Made by a program: the position numbers and the translations under genes. This document shows, in pieces, positions 34,958 to 49,900 of a stretch of DNA of 64,000 nt. Position 1 is the stretch's first letter; each line of letters begins with the position of its first letter. This stretch comes from Squalus acanthias (taxonomy: Eukaryota). Location of the stretch: positions 142,540,001 to 142,604,000 of the forward strand of contig CM059431.1 of the NCBI GenBank assembly GCA_030390025.1. Direction: 5' to 3'. The notes beneath the pieces are model-generated. The model worked only from the letters and a program-made list of their open reading frames with translations, was not told where the DNA came from and searched no databases.

Positions 34958-37900
34958 ATGGCTGAAGGTCCAAACATGGGAGAAGATCCAACATCTTCAA
35001 CAAGAATGAGAATGGACACAGGTAGGTTCACAAAATACTGTAAAATACAATTTCTGTCTCGACAAAGGGTCCAGATCTCCTGCAAGAACCTGCAGCTCAC
35101 TCAGGAAGAGGGACCAGGAGTGGGACTGAGTATAGAAAGAGGGAAGTGAGTGACCCTCGAGAGGGACACCGCAGTCACAGGTGGAGGGAACCCCCGAATA
35201 CTGGAACTAAAACAGAAAATGTTGGAAATACTCAGCAGGTCAGGCAGCAGCTGTGGAGAGAGAGAGAGAGAAACAGTTACTGTTTCAGGTCGATGACCTT
35301 GCAGTTCTGATAAAACTGTTGGAACAGGAACAGTTAGGAAGGAAGTTCCATGATTTTTGACCCAGTGATGACAAAAGAGTGGTGATATATGTCCAAGTCG
35401 GGATGGTGTGTGACTTAGTCATAACAGCACAGAAGAAAGCCATTCGGCCCATCGAGTCCGTGCCAGCTCTCTGTAGAGCAATCCAGTCAGTCCCACTCCC
35501 CCACTCTATCCCCGTAGCCCTGCAAGTTTATTTCCCTCAAGTGCCTATCCAGTCTCCCCTTGAAAACATTGAGTGTCTCCGTTTCCACCACTTCCGTCGG
35601 CAGCGAGTTCGAGGTCCTCACCACTTGCTGTGTAAAAAAAAGTTTTTCCTCACATTCCCCCTGTATCTCTTGCCCAAAGCCTTAAATCTATGTCCCCTAA
35701 CCTTTGTATCATCAACTGGTTAGAACAACCTTTCACCGTCTAGCCTATCCAAACCCGTCATAATCTTGTACACCTCTATCAAATCACCCCTCAACCTCCT
35801 TTGTTCTAATGAAAACAAATCCAGCTTCTCCAACCTGTCCTTGTAGCTAAGATCCCCCATCCCTGGAACCGTTCTTGTAAATCTCCTCTGCACCCTCTCA
35901 ATGGCCTTCACATCCTTCCTAAAGTGTGGTGACCAGAACTGGAAGCAATACTCCAGTTGTGGCCTAACCAGCGCTTTATAAAGGTTCAGCATAACTTCTC
36001 TAATTGTGTACTCAATACCTCTATTTATGAAGCCCAAGATCCCATATGCTTTGTTAAACACTCTCTCAATATGTCCTGCCACCTTCAGGGACCTATGCAC
36101 ATTAACTTCCAGGTCCCTCTGGCCCTGCATACTCTTTAAAACTGTGACATTACTGTATATTGCCTCTCCCTGTTCCTTCTGCCAAAATGCATCACCTCAC
36201 ACTTCTCTATTAAATTCCATCTGCCACTTGTCTGCCCATTCTGCTAACCTTTCTATGTCCTGTTGCAGTCAATTGATATCATCACTGTTTGCCATACCCC
36301 CAAGTTTGGTGTCATCGGCAAATTTAGAAATTCTACTCTGCCAATATCCAGTTCATTTTTATTTTTACGTGTATATCTCAAAAAAAGCAGTGGCCCCAGC
36401 ACTGACCCTTGTGGAACACCACTGTCTACCATCCTCTAGTCTGAAAAACAGCCATTTACCACAACTCGCTGTTTTCTGTCCTTAAGCCAATTCCTTATCC
36501 AAGCTGTCACTGACTCTCCTATTCCATGAGCCTCAATTTTATTAACCAGCCTTCTGTGTGGTACTTTGTCAAACGCCTTCCGAAAATCCATGTAGACAAC
36601 TTCCATCGCATTTCGTTCATCAATCCTCCCTGTTACTTCATCAAAAAATTCAATTAGTTTAGTCAAACATGATCTGCCTTTTACAAACCAGTGTTGGTTC
36701 TGCTTAATTAGCTTAAACCTCTCCAAGTGCCTGTTTAATTTTTTCCTTCATTATTTTTTCTAAAACTTTACCCACCACTGATGTTAAACTGACCGGCCTG
36801 TAGTTACTAGGATTGTCCTTACACCCTTTCTTGAACAATGGTGTAACATTTGCCACTTTCCAATCCTCAGGCACCTCCCCTGCATCTAGGGAAGGTTGGA
36901 AAATTATGGCAAGCCCTTCTGCTATCTCCTCCCCCAATTCCCTTAGCAACCGGGGATGCAAGCCATCTGGACCAGGCGACTTATCCACTCTAAACATACC
37001 CAGCCTTTCTAGTACAACCTGTCTATCAATTTTCACCCCTTCCATTGCTTCTACCTTTTCCACTTCTACCAATATTTTGTCATCATCCACCTCCTTAGTA
37101 AACACCGATACAAAGTACTCATTGAGTATTCTAGCCTTGCCCTGCCCTCTAAGCACATATCACCTTCTTTGTCTGTAATAGGCCCCACCCCACCTGTTTA
37201 CATGCCAGTAGAAGATTTTTAGGTTCCCTTTTATGTTAACCGCCATTCTACCCTCATATTCTCTCTTTGCCAATCTTATTTTCATCTTCACTTCCCCTCT
37301 CACCTTACTGTATTTGGTCTCGTTCTCCCTTGAAGAATTCACCCAACATACATCGTACACCCTCTTTTTTGTTTCATCATCTTCTCTATCTCTCTCGTCA
37401 TCCAAGGATCCCTTGATTTGGTTCTCTTTCCCTTCCCTCTTGTTGGAATGTACCTAGCCTGTACTTGGAACATCTTCTCCTTAAAGATTACCCATTGTTC
37501 CGTTACAGGTTTTCCTGTCAGTTTTTGGTTCCATTTTACCCTGGCTAGATCCTTTCACATCCCATTGAAGTTAGCCCTATTCCAGTTTAGAAGTTCCACT
37601 CTAGATTGTTCCTTGCTCCTCTCCATTGCTAATCTATATCTTATGATCACTTGTACCCAAGTGTTCTCCCGCAGATACTTTGTCGACCTGGCCCACCTCA
37701 TTCCTCAGCACCAGATCCAGCAATGCCTCCTTCCTAGTTGGGCCAAGAACATATTGGTCAAGGAAATTCTCCTGAACACATTTCAGAAATTCCTCCCCCT
37801 CCTTTCCTTTTACCCTAGCATTATCCCAATCGATATTTGGGTAATTAAAGTCCCCAATATCACCACTCAATAGCTCTTGCATATCTCTGCGATTTCCCTG

Positions 37901-40900
37901 CAGATTTTCTCCTCTACCTCCCTCTCACTATTTGGAAGCCTATAGAATAGCGTGATCATACCCTTTTGCTCCTCAACGCTAACCAAATGGATTCTGTCCT
38001 TGTCCCCTCAAGAACATCCTCCCTTTCCATCACTACAATGTCTTCCTTAATCAGCACTGCCACACCACCTCCCTTTTTTCCTACCCTATCTTTTCTGAAC
38101 ACCTTGTACCCTTGAATATTAAGTGCCCAGTTCTCACCGTTTTTAAGCCACGTTTCCGTTATTGCCACAACATCATATTGCCACACGGCTAATTGTGCTT
38201 GTAGCTCATCAACCTTATTCACCAAACTTTGTGCGTTTACGTACATGCATTCTAAACCCATTTTTGAATTTTTCGTAGTCTTAGTCTGCTATCTAATATG
38301 GTACTAATACCGCCTCTAGTACTACCTTCTCTAGTACTATCCAACATACTCATTCTTTTATGCACCTTATTCCTCTTTTCTGCTCCTATATGCTGGTGCC
38401 CATCCCCTTGCCAAGCTAGTTTAAACCCTCCCCAACAGCACTAACAAACCTCCCCGCAAGAATATTGGTCCCGGCTCTGTTGAGGTGGAACCCGTCCGGC
38501 TTGTCCCACCTTCCCCAGAAACGGTCCCAATGCCTCAGGAATCTAAATCGCTCCCTCCTGCCCCATCTCTCCAGCCCCGCATTCATCTGTTCTATCCTCC
38601 TGTTTCCGTACTCACTAGCACGTGGCACTGGGAGTAATCCGGAGATTACTACCTTTGAGGTCCTGCTTTTTAATCTCTCTCCTAGCTCCCTAAACTCTGC
38701 CTGCAGGACCTCATCCCTCTTTCTGCCGATGTTATTGGTACCGATATGGACAACGACCTCTGGCTGTTCACCCTCCCCCCTCAGAGTGTCCTGCAGCCGC
38801 TCAGTGACATCGTTGATCCTAGCACCAGGGAGGCAACATACCTTCCTGGAGTCACGTCTGTGACCGCAGAAATGCCTGTCTGCTCCCCTAACTATTAAAT
38901 CCCCTACTACTATTGCACTCCCACTCCTTTTCCTCCCCCCCACCCCCCCACAGTCGTGCAGCTGAGCCTCCCGTGGTGCCGTGGACTTGATTCTGGCTGC
39001 ACTCCCCAGACGAACCAATTGCCCTCACCAGTACTCAGAACAGAATACTGGTTGGAGAGCGTGATTCACTCTGGGGACTCCTGCACTACCTGCTTGGTCC
39101 TCCTCTTCTGTCTGGCGGTCACCCATTCACTTTCTGCCTGCATACTATTGAGCTGCGGGGTGACCGCCTCTAGAAACGTGCTATCCATGTAACTGTCAGC
39201 CTCGCGGATGGACTGCAGCCGCGGCTCAAGCTCCGAAACCCGGAGCTCGAGTTGTTGTAGCTGGCGACACTTGCCGCACATTGCGCTGTAAGCAAACCCC
39301 TGGAATCTGTATTTCAAGGTTGAATTAGTGAAAATTTACAGATGCAGTGGATGATCGGGGTGGCTGGAAGGCAAGTCGTGTTTGACAAATTTGCACACTT
39401 TTTAAGAATTGACTATAGATTGATGGAATGCAGCACATGCGATGTATGTGGGTTTTCAGAAGGTGTTTGTTAATGTGGTTCTTTGTGTTCACAGATCCGA
39501 ACTCGAGAATCAATATGTTCTTGACCAAGTGCGACGATTACCAGCTGTTCCAGTTGACGAAATTCTACCGGGACAGACTGGAACAGGCGGTTGAAGAGGG
39601 TGTGGAGGGACTCGGTCTCTGGTTAACAGGCGGGGACTATTTCAGTGGACAAGAGTATCACGTGAGTGCGAGGGACACAGAATGAGTTTAGATTATTATA
39701 ACATCACATAACTGACACAATATCCTAACATAGGAACAAAAGAATCGCCATTACCGTTAATATCCCACCTAGTCTATTCCCAACCTCCTGCTCACTACCC
39801 ATTACTGTTAATATCCCACCTAGTCTAATCCCAACCTCCTGCTCACAGTCCATTACTGTTAATATCCCACCTAGTCTAATCCCAACCTCCTGCTCACTAC
39901 CCATTACTATTAATATCCCACCTAGTCTAATCCCCACCTCCTGCTCACTACCCATTACAGGTAATATCCCACCGAGTCTAATCCCAACCTCCTGCTCACT
40001 ACCCATTACTGTTAATATCCCATCTAGTCTAATCCCCACCTCCTGCTCACTACCCATTACTGTTAATATCCCATCTAGTCTAATCCCCACCTCCTGCTCA
40101 CTACCCATTACAGGTAATATCCCACCGAGTCTAATCCCAACCTCCTGCTCACTACCCATTACCGTTAATATCCCACCTAGTCTAATCCCAACCTCCTGCT
40201 CACTACATTACAGTTAATATCCCATCTAGTCTAATCCCAACCTCCTGCTCACTATACATTATCGTTAATTACCCATCTAGTCTAATCCCAACCTTCTGCT
40301 CACTACCCATTACCGTTAATATCCCACCTAGTCAAATCCCAACCTCCTGTTCACTACCCATTACCGTTAATATCCCACCTGGTCTAATCCCAACCTCCTG
40401 CTCACTACCCATTACCGTTAATATCCCACCTGGTCTAATCCCAACCTCCTGCTCACTACCCATTACTGTTAATATCCCACCTCGTCTAATCCCACCCTCC
40501 TGCTCAATACCATCACCGTTAATATCCCATACAGTCTCCAAGCAAGCAATAGAAATACCTGTTGTAACATTTTATAAACTTGCTTTTGCAACAATTAATG
40601 GAAGTATATTAGGCATTCTAACCACCGATACGGAAATAAATATATCCAGCCTCACCCGTAATACTGCGAATTATCCTAAATTTGGGCCCTCTGTTTCCAC
40701 TGTTTATTCAATCTGTAAACATTTATTTCATTATAAGCTTTCAGAATCTTGAATCAACTCGTCACTTATTGTGCACACCGAGAGTGACATGAGACCTAAA
40801 TTCTCAAATCCTTGCCATTACAATAACTCCTCATCCCTGATGATAACCTAGTTAATCTGCAGGACAATTTTTCATTATTTTTATTTCCTTCCTATAATTA

Positions 40901-43900
40901 ATTATCTAAACACTACACAACTGGGTAACTTACCTGCCCCTGTGCTCTTGGAACGTCACTCAAAAGGGAAACATCAGGAAATTGAGCTCATTCAGTCTGT
41001 AATTTCCTGCCCCTGTGCTCTGGGTGTGGAACGTCACTCCCCAGGGGAACGTCAAGAAATTACATAACATAAGAAATAGGAGCAGGAATAGGCCACTTGG
41101 CCCCTCGAGCCTGCTCCGCCATTCAATAAGATCATGGCTGATCTTGGGCTCAAAGCCACTTCCCCGCCTGCTCCCCATAACCCTTCACTCCCTTATCTTG
41201 CAAAAATTTGTCTCTCTCCACCTTAAATGTAATTAATGACCCAGCCTCCACAGCTCTCTGGGGCAGAGAATTCCACAGATTTACGACCCTCTGAGAGAAG
41301 AAGTTCCTCCTCATCTCAGTTCTAAAAGGGTGACCCTTTATTGTAAAACTGTGCCCCCGCGTTCTAGATTTCCCCATGCGGGGAAACATCCTCTCTGTAT
41401 CTACCTTGTCAAGCCCCCTCAGTATCTTATATGTTTTCAATAAGATCACCTCTCATTCTTCTGAACTCCAATGAGTATAGGCCCAGCCTGCTCAACCTTT
41501 CCTCATAAGTCAACCCCCTCATCTCTGGAATTAACCTAGTGAATCGTCTCTGAACTGCCTCCAATGCAAATATAACCTCCCTTAAATAAGGAGACCAAAA
41601 CTGTGCGCAGTACTCAAGGTGTGGTCTCACCAATACCCTGTACAGTTGTAGCTGGACTTCCCTGCTTTTATACTCCAACCCCTTTGAAATAAAGGCCAAC
41701 ATTCTATTTGCCTTTTTGATTACTTGCTGTACCTGCATGCTAACTTTTTGTGTTTCATGCACAAGGACAAGTTGAGCTCATTCAGTCTGTAATTTCCTGC
41801 CCCTTGGTGTGGAACGTCACTACCCAGGGGAACAGCAGGAATTATCTGTTAATTAAAATTAGTGGATGGATTTATACCCCGTTCTGGTTAAGGACAGAAT
41901 GAATTAGGGATGAAATATTAGTACGATAGCAAAATACTGCAGATGCTGGAAATCCGAAATAACAACAGAAAACGCTGGAAAAACTCAGCAGGCCAGGCAG
42001 CATCCGTGGAGAGAGAAACAGAGTTAACGTTTCAGGTCGAAGACCTTTCGTCAGAACTGGAAAAAGCAGGAAATGAAATAGATTTTAAAGCAAGTTTAGG
42101 GCTGGGAAAAGAGGGAGAGCATGAAAGAACAAAAGGGAAGGTCAGTGATAGGATAGAAAGCAGGAGAGATTAAGAGACATTGAGAGACATTAAGAGATAT
42201 TCAAGGCAAGAGGATGTGGTAATGGGACAGGTTGAGGAACAAAGGATGGCCCGAGATGAAGTGTGAATTGCGCTGGCAGAATGAAGGACAGCTGCCAGCT
42301 TCTGGGAGGGAAGAAAAAAAGGCCAAACAAAAGTGTGGATAAAAAAAAAATATATATATATAGGGCCGGGGTATTAGTAGTTGTATATATTATATTATAT
42401 TTCTCTTTCACTCTTTAGATTCAGTATCTTTTTTAATCCCCTGTTGTTACTTTGTGAAGGATTAAGCCATATATATTCAGAAAAATACACCATTCTATGA
42501 AAGCATTCTGGCCTTATTAAAACATGACAAACTGGGTTTGGAAATCTAGAAACCTCTATGAAAAAGCTGTGAAAGCATTCTGGCTATAGAGATAAGATAG
42601 TTGTTGACACTTAATCAATAACCTTATTGAAACAGAAGGTTAAAGGCTCCCGACAGGCTGACCTTTGGGAACAAGACAAGGTGTTCTAATTTACACTTCG
42701 TAAAGAAGCACAAACATCTGCCTTCGTAAAAATGACATAAAGTAAAACGCACCTGCCGTTGCACCGTTTTTTATGGTAAACTTAGAACACCTAGAGAAGA
42801 GACATAATTCTGTAATGCTACCAGCTGATCTGACTAAGAATTGCAGGGGTCAGCAGAAAAATGACTAGAGATAATTAGCTTACATCAGCAGAAAACCTTA
42901 AAGGAAATACCACTGGAAAAGGGTATAAATATTGAACTCTCAAATGGGATAGTAGATTCGCTTCAGAGGCGGCTCTGTCAGTCTCCAACTCTTTGTACCT
43001 CGGGGATCAAAGGTATTTGATTTTGGTGGATATCCTGTAGAAAACTAAGAACTGTAAAACTGTAGCGAAGTTAAGATTTGAGAGTAAGGATCTCTGATAA
43101 TAAGATTGTAAGCTTTCTCTTTTTGGAACTGTTAATGTTGCGATTGACTCACCAACTGTAAACTGCATGTTGGTTCTTTAATAAATCCATATATTTTCAG
43201 AATTGTCTCACATAAGACTTCTGTATCAAACTCGCAAACTCAATTTCTGTACATTCTTTGGTGAGGAGTTGCAGAATTCTGGGGGAGTTTTCCGGACCCT
43301 CATTATATCCGGAACGTTACAGTCTAGCTAAACTTATTAAAAGTGCTATCTGGAGGACGGTAACATTTTCAGGTTGTTCCTTTCCTTTAGGGAGAGATAG
43401 TCTGGACCTTTAGACCCAATTAAGCGTCTTTAGGATTCGGCTACCTCAAACTTTAGTTGAAAGTGAACGTCTGAGGAATATGCCTGATCCGGGGTAGCCC
43501 TAAAGGGTCTAGGACTAGTAATTATCCCTTCAACTTTAGGTTGTTTTAGATTATTTTTCCTCCAGTTAAACACTGGGAAGACTGAAGCCATCGTCTTTTA
43601 CCCCCACCACAAACCTCACCTCCTCAACACTTAATTTTATCCCCCTAATCGACCACTGCCTAAGGCTGAACTAGACTGTCCACAATCTCATCGTCCACCC
43701 CTGAGCAGGATCTTCGACCCCATATACTCTCCATCACAATGTTATGTCCTTGTAACTGTCCTGTCCTCCAGCTTTGCCTCAGCCCACCTCCTGCTGAACC
43801 CTCATTCGTGCATATTTAAACCCTAAATTCCACTGTTCCAATGACCCCCTGGTCAGCCTCCCACCTTGCACCCTCTGTAAACTTCAGTTACTCCAAAACT

Positions 43901-46900
43901 GCCTGAACCCTGTCCCGCTCAGATATCACTCGCATACTCCTTCACCAATACTGGCTCCCGGTCCTGGAATACCTCCAGTTTAAAATTCCCATCTTGCTGC
44001 TTAAATCCCTTCCTGGCCTCGCACCTGCCTATCTTTGTAACCGACTCCAGCCCTAGAACTCTCCCGTGCTATTGTAATTTCCATTGCTCTGGCTGTGGTC
44101 TCCAGTGCACCCCCTCCCTCACACCACCACTGTTGGCCGAGCGTTCAGTTTTCTTTGGCCTCACGCTCTGGAATTCATTCTCTGATCCCCTCCACCTCTA
44201 CACCTCCCTCCACTCCTTAAAACCTATCTTTCCCCGAGCTCCTAGCCACCTGTTAAGAACATAAGAACATGGAGCACACCAATCGGCCCCTCGAGCCTGC
44301 TCCGCCATTCAATGAGATCATGGCTGATCTGATCCAACCTCAACTCTAAAGAACACAAGAAGCAGGAGCAGGACCAGGCCACTCGGCTCCGCCATCCACA
44401 GGGCCTTGACCGATCCGAACTCAAACTGATGTCCAATTTCCAGCCCGCTCCCCGTAACCCCTGATTCCCTTTACTTCTAGGAAACGGTCTATTTCTGTTT
44501 TAAATTTATTTAATGAAGTAGCTTCCACAGCTTCCTGGGGTAGCAAATTCCACAGACCCACTACCCTCTGAGTGGAAAAGTTTCTCCTCATCTCAGTTTT
44601 GAAAGAGGAGCCCCTTATTCTAAGATTATGTCCCCTAGTTCTAGTTTCACCCATCATTGGGAACATCCTCACCGCGTCCACCCGATCAAGCCCCTTCACA
44701 ATCTTATATGTTTCAATAAGATCGCCTCTCATTCTTCTGAACTCCAATGAGTAGAGTCCCAATCTACTCAACCTCTCCTCGTATGTCCACCTCCTCATCC
44801 CCGGAATTAACCGAGTGAACCTTCTTTGTACTGCCTCGAGAGCAAGTATGTCTTTTCTTAAGTATGGACACCAAAACTGTATGCAGTACTCCAGGTGCGG
44901 TCTCACCAATACCTTATATAACTGCAGCAATACCTCCCTGTTTTTATAATCTATCCCCCTAGCAATAAAAGCCAACATTCCATTGGCTTTCTTGATCACC
45001 TGCTGCACCTGCATACTAACTTTTTGATTTTCTTGCACCAAGACCCCCAGATCCCTTTGTACTGCAGTACTTTCCAGTTTCTCGCCATTAAGATAATAAC
45101 TTGCTCTCTGATTTTTCCTGCCAAAGTGCATAACCTCACATTTTCCAATATTGTATTGCATCTGCCAAATCTCTGCCCACTCTCCCAGCCTGTCTATATC
45201 CCCTTGTAGGTTTTTATATGTCCTCCTCACTCTCTACTTTCCCTCCCATCTTTGTATCATCTGCAAACTTTGATATGTTACACTCGGTCCCCTCCTCCAA
45301 ATCGTTAATATAGATTGTAAAGAGTTGGGGACCCAGCACCGACCCCTGCGGAACACCACTGGCTACTGGTTGCCAGTCCGAGAATGAACCATTTATCCCA
45401 ACTCTCTGCTTCCTGTTAGATAACCAATCCTCCATCCATGCCAGAATATTACCCCCAATCCAGTGATTTTTTATCTTGAGTAATAATCTTTTATGTGGCA
45501 CCTTGTCGAATGCCTTCTGGAAGTCTAAATACACTACATCCACTGGTTCCCCTTTATCCACCCTATACGTTATGTCCTCAAAGAACTCGAGCAAATTTGT
45601 CAGACATGACTTCCCCTTCATAAAGCCATGCTGACTTTGTCCTATTAAATTATGTTTATCTAAATGTTCCGTTACTCTCTCCTTAATAATAGACTCCCAA
45701 ATTTTACCCACCACAGATGTTAGGCTAACTGGTCTATAATTTCCAGCCTTCTGCCTACAACCCTTTTTAAATAAGGGTGTTAGATTAGCAGTTTTCCAAT
45801 CTGCCGGGACCTTTGCTGAGTTCAGGGAGTTTTGGAAAATTATTACCAAAGCATCCACAATTCCTACTGCCACTTCCCTCAAGACCCTAGGATGTAAGCC
45901 ATCAGGTCATGGGGATTTATCCGCCTTGAGTCCCATTATTTTACTGAGTACCAATTCCATAGTGATTTTAATCGTATTTAGCTCCTCCCCCACTAGAGCC
46001 CCCTGTTTGTCCAGTGTTGGGATATTCTTAGTGTCCTCTACCGTAAAGACTGAAACAAAATATTTGTTCAGCATTTTTGCCATCTCCATGTTTCCCACCA
46101 TTAATTTCCCGGTCTCATCCTCTAAGGGACCTACGTTTGCCTTAAACACCCTTTTTCTTTTTATATAACTATAGAAACTCTTGCTATCTGTTTTTATATT
46201 TTTTGCTAATTTATTTTCATAGTCTATTTTCCCTTTCTTAATCAATCCTTTAGTTACTTTTTGTTGTCTTTTGAAGACTTCCCAATCTTCTATCCTCCCA
46301 CTAACTTTAGCTACCTTATATGTCCTTGTTTTTAGTTGGATACTTTCTTTAATTTCTTTACTTAGCCATGGATGGCTGTCATTTCTTTTACACCATTTTT
46401 TCCTCAGTGGAATATATTTATTTTGAAAGTTGTAAAATAACTCCTTGAATGAACACCACTGCTCATTTACCGTCTTACCCTTTAATCTATTTTCCCAGTC
46501 CACTTTAATCAATTCTGCTCTCATGCCATCAAAGTCTCCTTTATTCAAGCTCAGTATGCTTGTTTGAGAACCAACCTTCTCACCCTCTAATTGGATATGG
46601 AATTCAACCATGTTATGGTCACTCATTCCAAGGGGATCCTTAACTAGGATATTATTAATTAATCCAGACTCATTACACAGTACCAGGTCCAAGGTTGCTT
46701 GCCCCCTTGTAGAATCAGTTACATACTGCTCAAGAAATCCATCCCTAAGACACTCAATAAACTCTTCCTCAAGCCTGCCCTGCCCAATTTGATTTGCCCA
46801 GGTAATATGATAGTTAAAATCCCCCATAATTATAGCTGTTCCCTTATTACATGCCCCAACTATTTCCTGATTAATACTTCTTCCAACAGAGTTGCAACTA

Positions 46901-49900
46901 TTAGGAGGCCTATATACTACGCCCACCAGTGTTTTTTCCCCCTTATTATTCCTTATCTCTACCCAAACTGTTTCATTATCCTGATCTTTTGACCCAATAT
47001 CATTTCTCTGTATTACAGTGATTCCTTCCTTTATTAACATAGCCACCCCTCCTCCCCTTCCTTCCTGCCTGTCCTTCCTGATTGTTAAATACCCTGGCAT
47101 ATTTAATTCCCAGATGTTGTCACCCTGCAGCCATGTTTCTGTAATGGCCACAAGATCATACCCATACATAGTTATTTGTGCCGTTAACTCGTCAATTTTG
47201 TTACGAATGGTACGTGCATTCAGATAAAGAACTTTCAAATGTGTTTTGTGACACTTACTTCCTGTTTTTTCCTTATTTAACACTTTACCTTTTACTCCAT
47301 ACCTTCTGTCCCTTCCTGACATGCTTTCCTCTGTCTCCCTGCTCAGGTTCCCAACCCCCTGCCACATTAATACATCCTCCTCTGTCCCGGGGGCATTGTC
47401 TGATTCCGCCTCTGTGAAACACCTTGGGACGTTGTTCTATGTTAAAGGCCAGATATCAATGGAAACTGTTGATTACATTCGTGACTACACGAGCCCCGTT
47501 GCTGGACATGTGCTCCTAGTTACCGAGGTTTCACACCGGCAGCGAGAGTGCAAATTAAAGGTTACACATATTTCAATTACCAAGGAAAATGTGATTGGAT
47601 ATTTTTTCTCATTATAATTATTGGTCAAGATTGTCCTTACCGATAAATCAACAGTGGTTGTTTCGATTAGTGGGTGTAATTTCTCAGACAGTTTTCTAGC
47701 TGCTTCCCTCACTTCAGAATCGTCCCTCCCCTGTCACTGGAGTTCTGATTCGCTGCTGTTTTATTTCTGGAGTAAATCACAAAGTGTGACATCAGGAAGT
47801 AAGTGTGAGAAACGAGTGAAACATATTGTCAATAAGTAACCTGATGTCATGTTGGACACTGAGGGACAGAGAAAACTAATCCCATTAAAACTACTGCTGA
47901 TTCTCTGTGATTCCTTGGTCTCCTAGATCAATATTTCTGATTTCTATTTTAGTTTCACCACATTTTGTTGCCATTAATGAGTGAATCAAGATGTTTACAG
48001 AATATTCAGCCCCTGTTCAGAATGGATCAGTACCCGGCCCAGTGACTGCTTTCTGTGCTCAAAACAACTGGGAGATCCCATCACTGAGCAGATCCTTTCC
48101 TTCTCATTCTCCGTGTTTGTCTTTCTCTCCTCTCCTCAATATATTCATTATTATTATAGAAAGTCACTGAGCTCGCAGAGAAGGGAAACCGGGCGGACAG
48201 TTCCAAACTTCTCCTAACTCTGGTGATGGAGAAAGGCTCTGGAGCTCGAAGGGTGATGTGGGAATCCTTTCTGAAAATGCGCCATAGGTTACCAAAGCTG
48301 GACAAAATACTGAGAGAAATACAGGAACCTGGTACAGTAAAATCACTCACTGAATTCAATGTCCAGATTCAAACACTGAAGATTTTACTATAATATTTCA
48401 CAGATCTGATTTCATGAAAGTTAATTGATTTAAACAGGTTCTGATCCATTTAAGTACATGAACATCGCAGAAGGTTTATACGAAGTACCCAGTCACCTGA
48501 CAGGTAAGTGATGACATGGAAATTTCAAACCGCTTACTTCACCCCTGAGAACAGAATGTTTGACCGTAGCATAGAAGATAGGAGCAGGAGTAGGCCATTC
48601 GGCCCCTCGAGCCTGCTCCGCCATTTAATGAGATCATGGCTGATCATCCAAATTCAGTACCCTGTCCCTGCTTTCTCCCCATATCCCTTGATCCCTTTAG
48701 CCTTAAGAAATATATCTTTCTCCTTCTCGAATATATTTATTGAATTGGTCTCAACTGCCTTCTGTGCTAGAGAATTCCACCGGTTCACCACTCTCTGGGT
48801 GAAGAAATTCCTCCTCATCTCAGTCCTAAATGGCTGACCCCTTATCCTGAGATTATGCCCCCTAGTTCGAAACACTCCAGGAAGGGGAAACAACCTCTCG
48901 GCATCTACCCTGTCAATCCCCTTCGGAATCGTGTATGTTTCAATGAGATCACCTCTCATTTTTCTAAACTCCAGAGAGTATCGGCCCATTCTGCACAATC
49001 TGTCATCATAGGACAGCCCTCTCATCCCAGGAGCCAATCTAGTGAACCTTCGCTGCACCGCCTCCAAGGCAGGTATATCCTTCCTTAGATAAGGAGACCA
49101 AAACTGTGCACAGTTCTCCAGGTGTGATCTCACCAAGGCCCTGTACAATTGTAGCAAGACTTCCTCACTCTTATACTCCAACCCCCTTGCAATAAAGGCC
49201 AACATGCCATTGCCTTCCTTATTGCTTGCTGTACCTGCATGCTAGCTTTCAGTGTTTCTTACACGAGGACATCAAAATCTCTCTGAACACCAACATTTAA
49301 ACATTTCTCACCATTTAATAACCATTCCGGTTTTCTTTTCTTCCTAATAAAGTGAATAACCTCACATTTCCCTATATTATACTACATCTGCCACTTTATT
49401 GCCCACTCACTCAGTCTATCTATATCCCTTTGCGGGCTCTTTGTGTCCTCCTCATAGCTTACTGTCCCACCTAGCTGTGTATCGTCAGCAAACTTGGATA
49501 CATTACACTCGGTGCCTTCATCTAGGTCATTAATATAGATTGTAAATAGCTAAGACCCCAACACTGATCCTTGCAGCACCCCACTAGTTACAGCCTGCCA
49601 ACCTGAAAAAGACCCAATTATCCCTGCTGTCTGTTAACCAATCCTCTATCCATGCTACTATATTACCCCCAATTCCATGAGCCCTTATAGAGTAATAGAG
49701 TCATAACTCTATCTTGTGTAATAACCTTTAATGTGGCACCTTTATAGAATGCCTTTTTGGAAATCCAAATATACTACATCCAATGATTCCCCTTTATACA
49801 CCCTCTTTTGTACAGCTTCAAAATCTGTAATAAATTTGTCAAACACGATTTCCTTTCATAAAACAATGTTAACTCTGCCTAATCATAGAATCATAGAAAT

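Noticed and set aside
39725..40541. Periodic ORFs [17 protein letters not shown]
   Set aside because: Minisatellite translation artefacts
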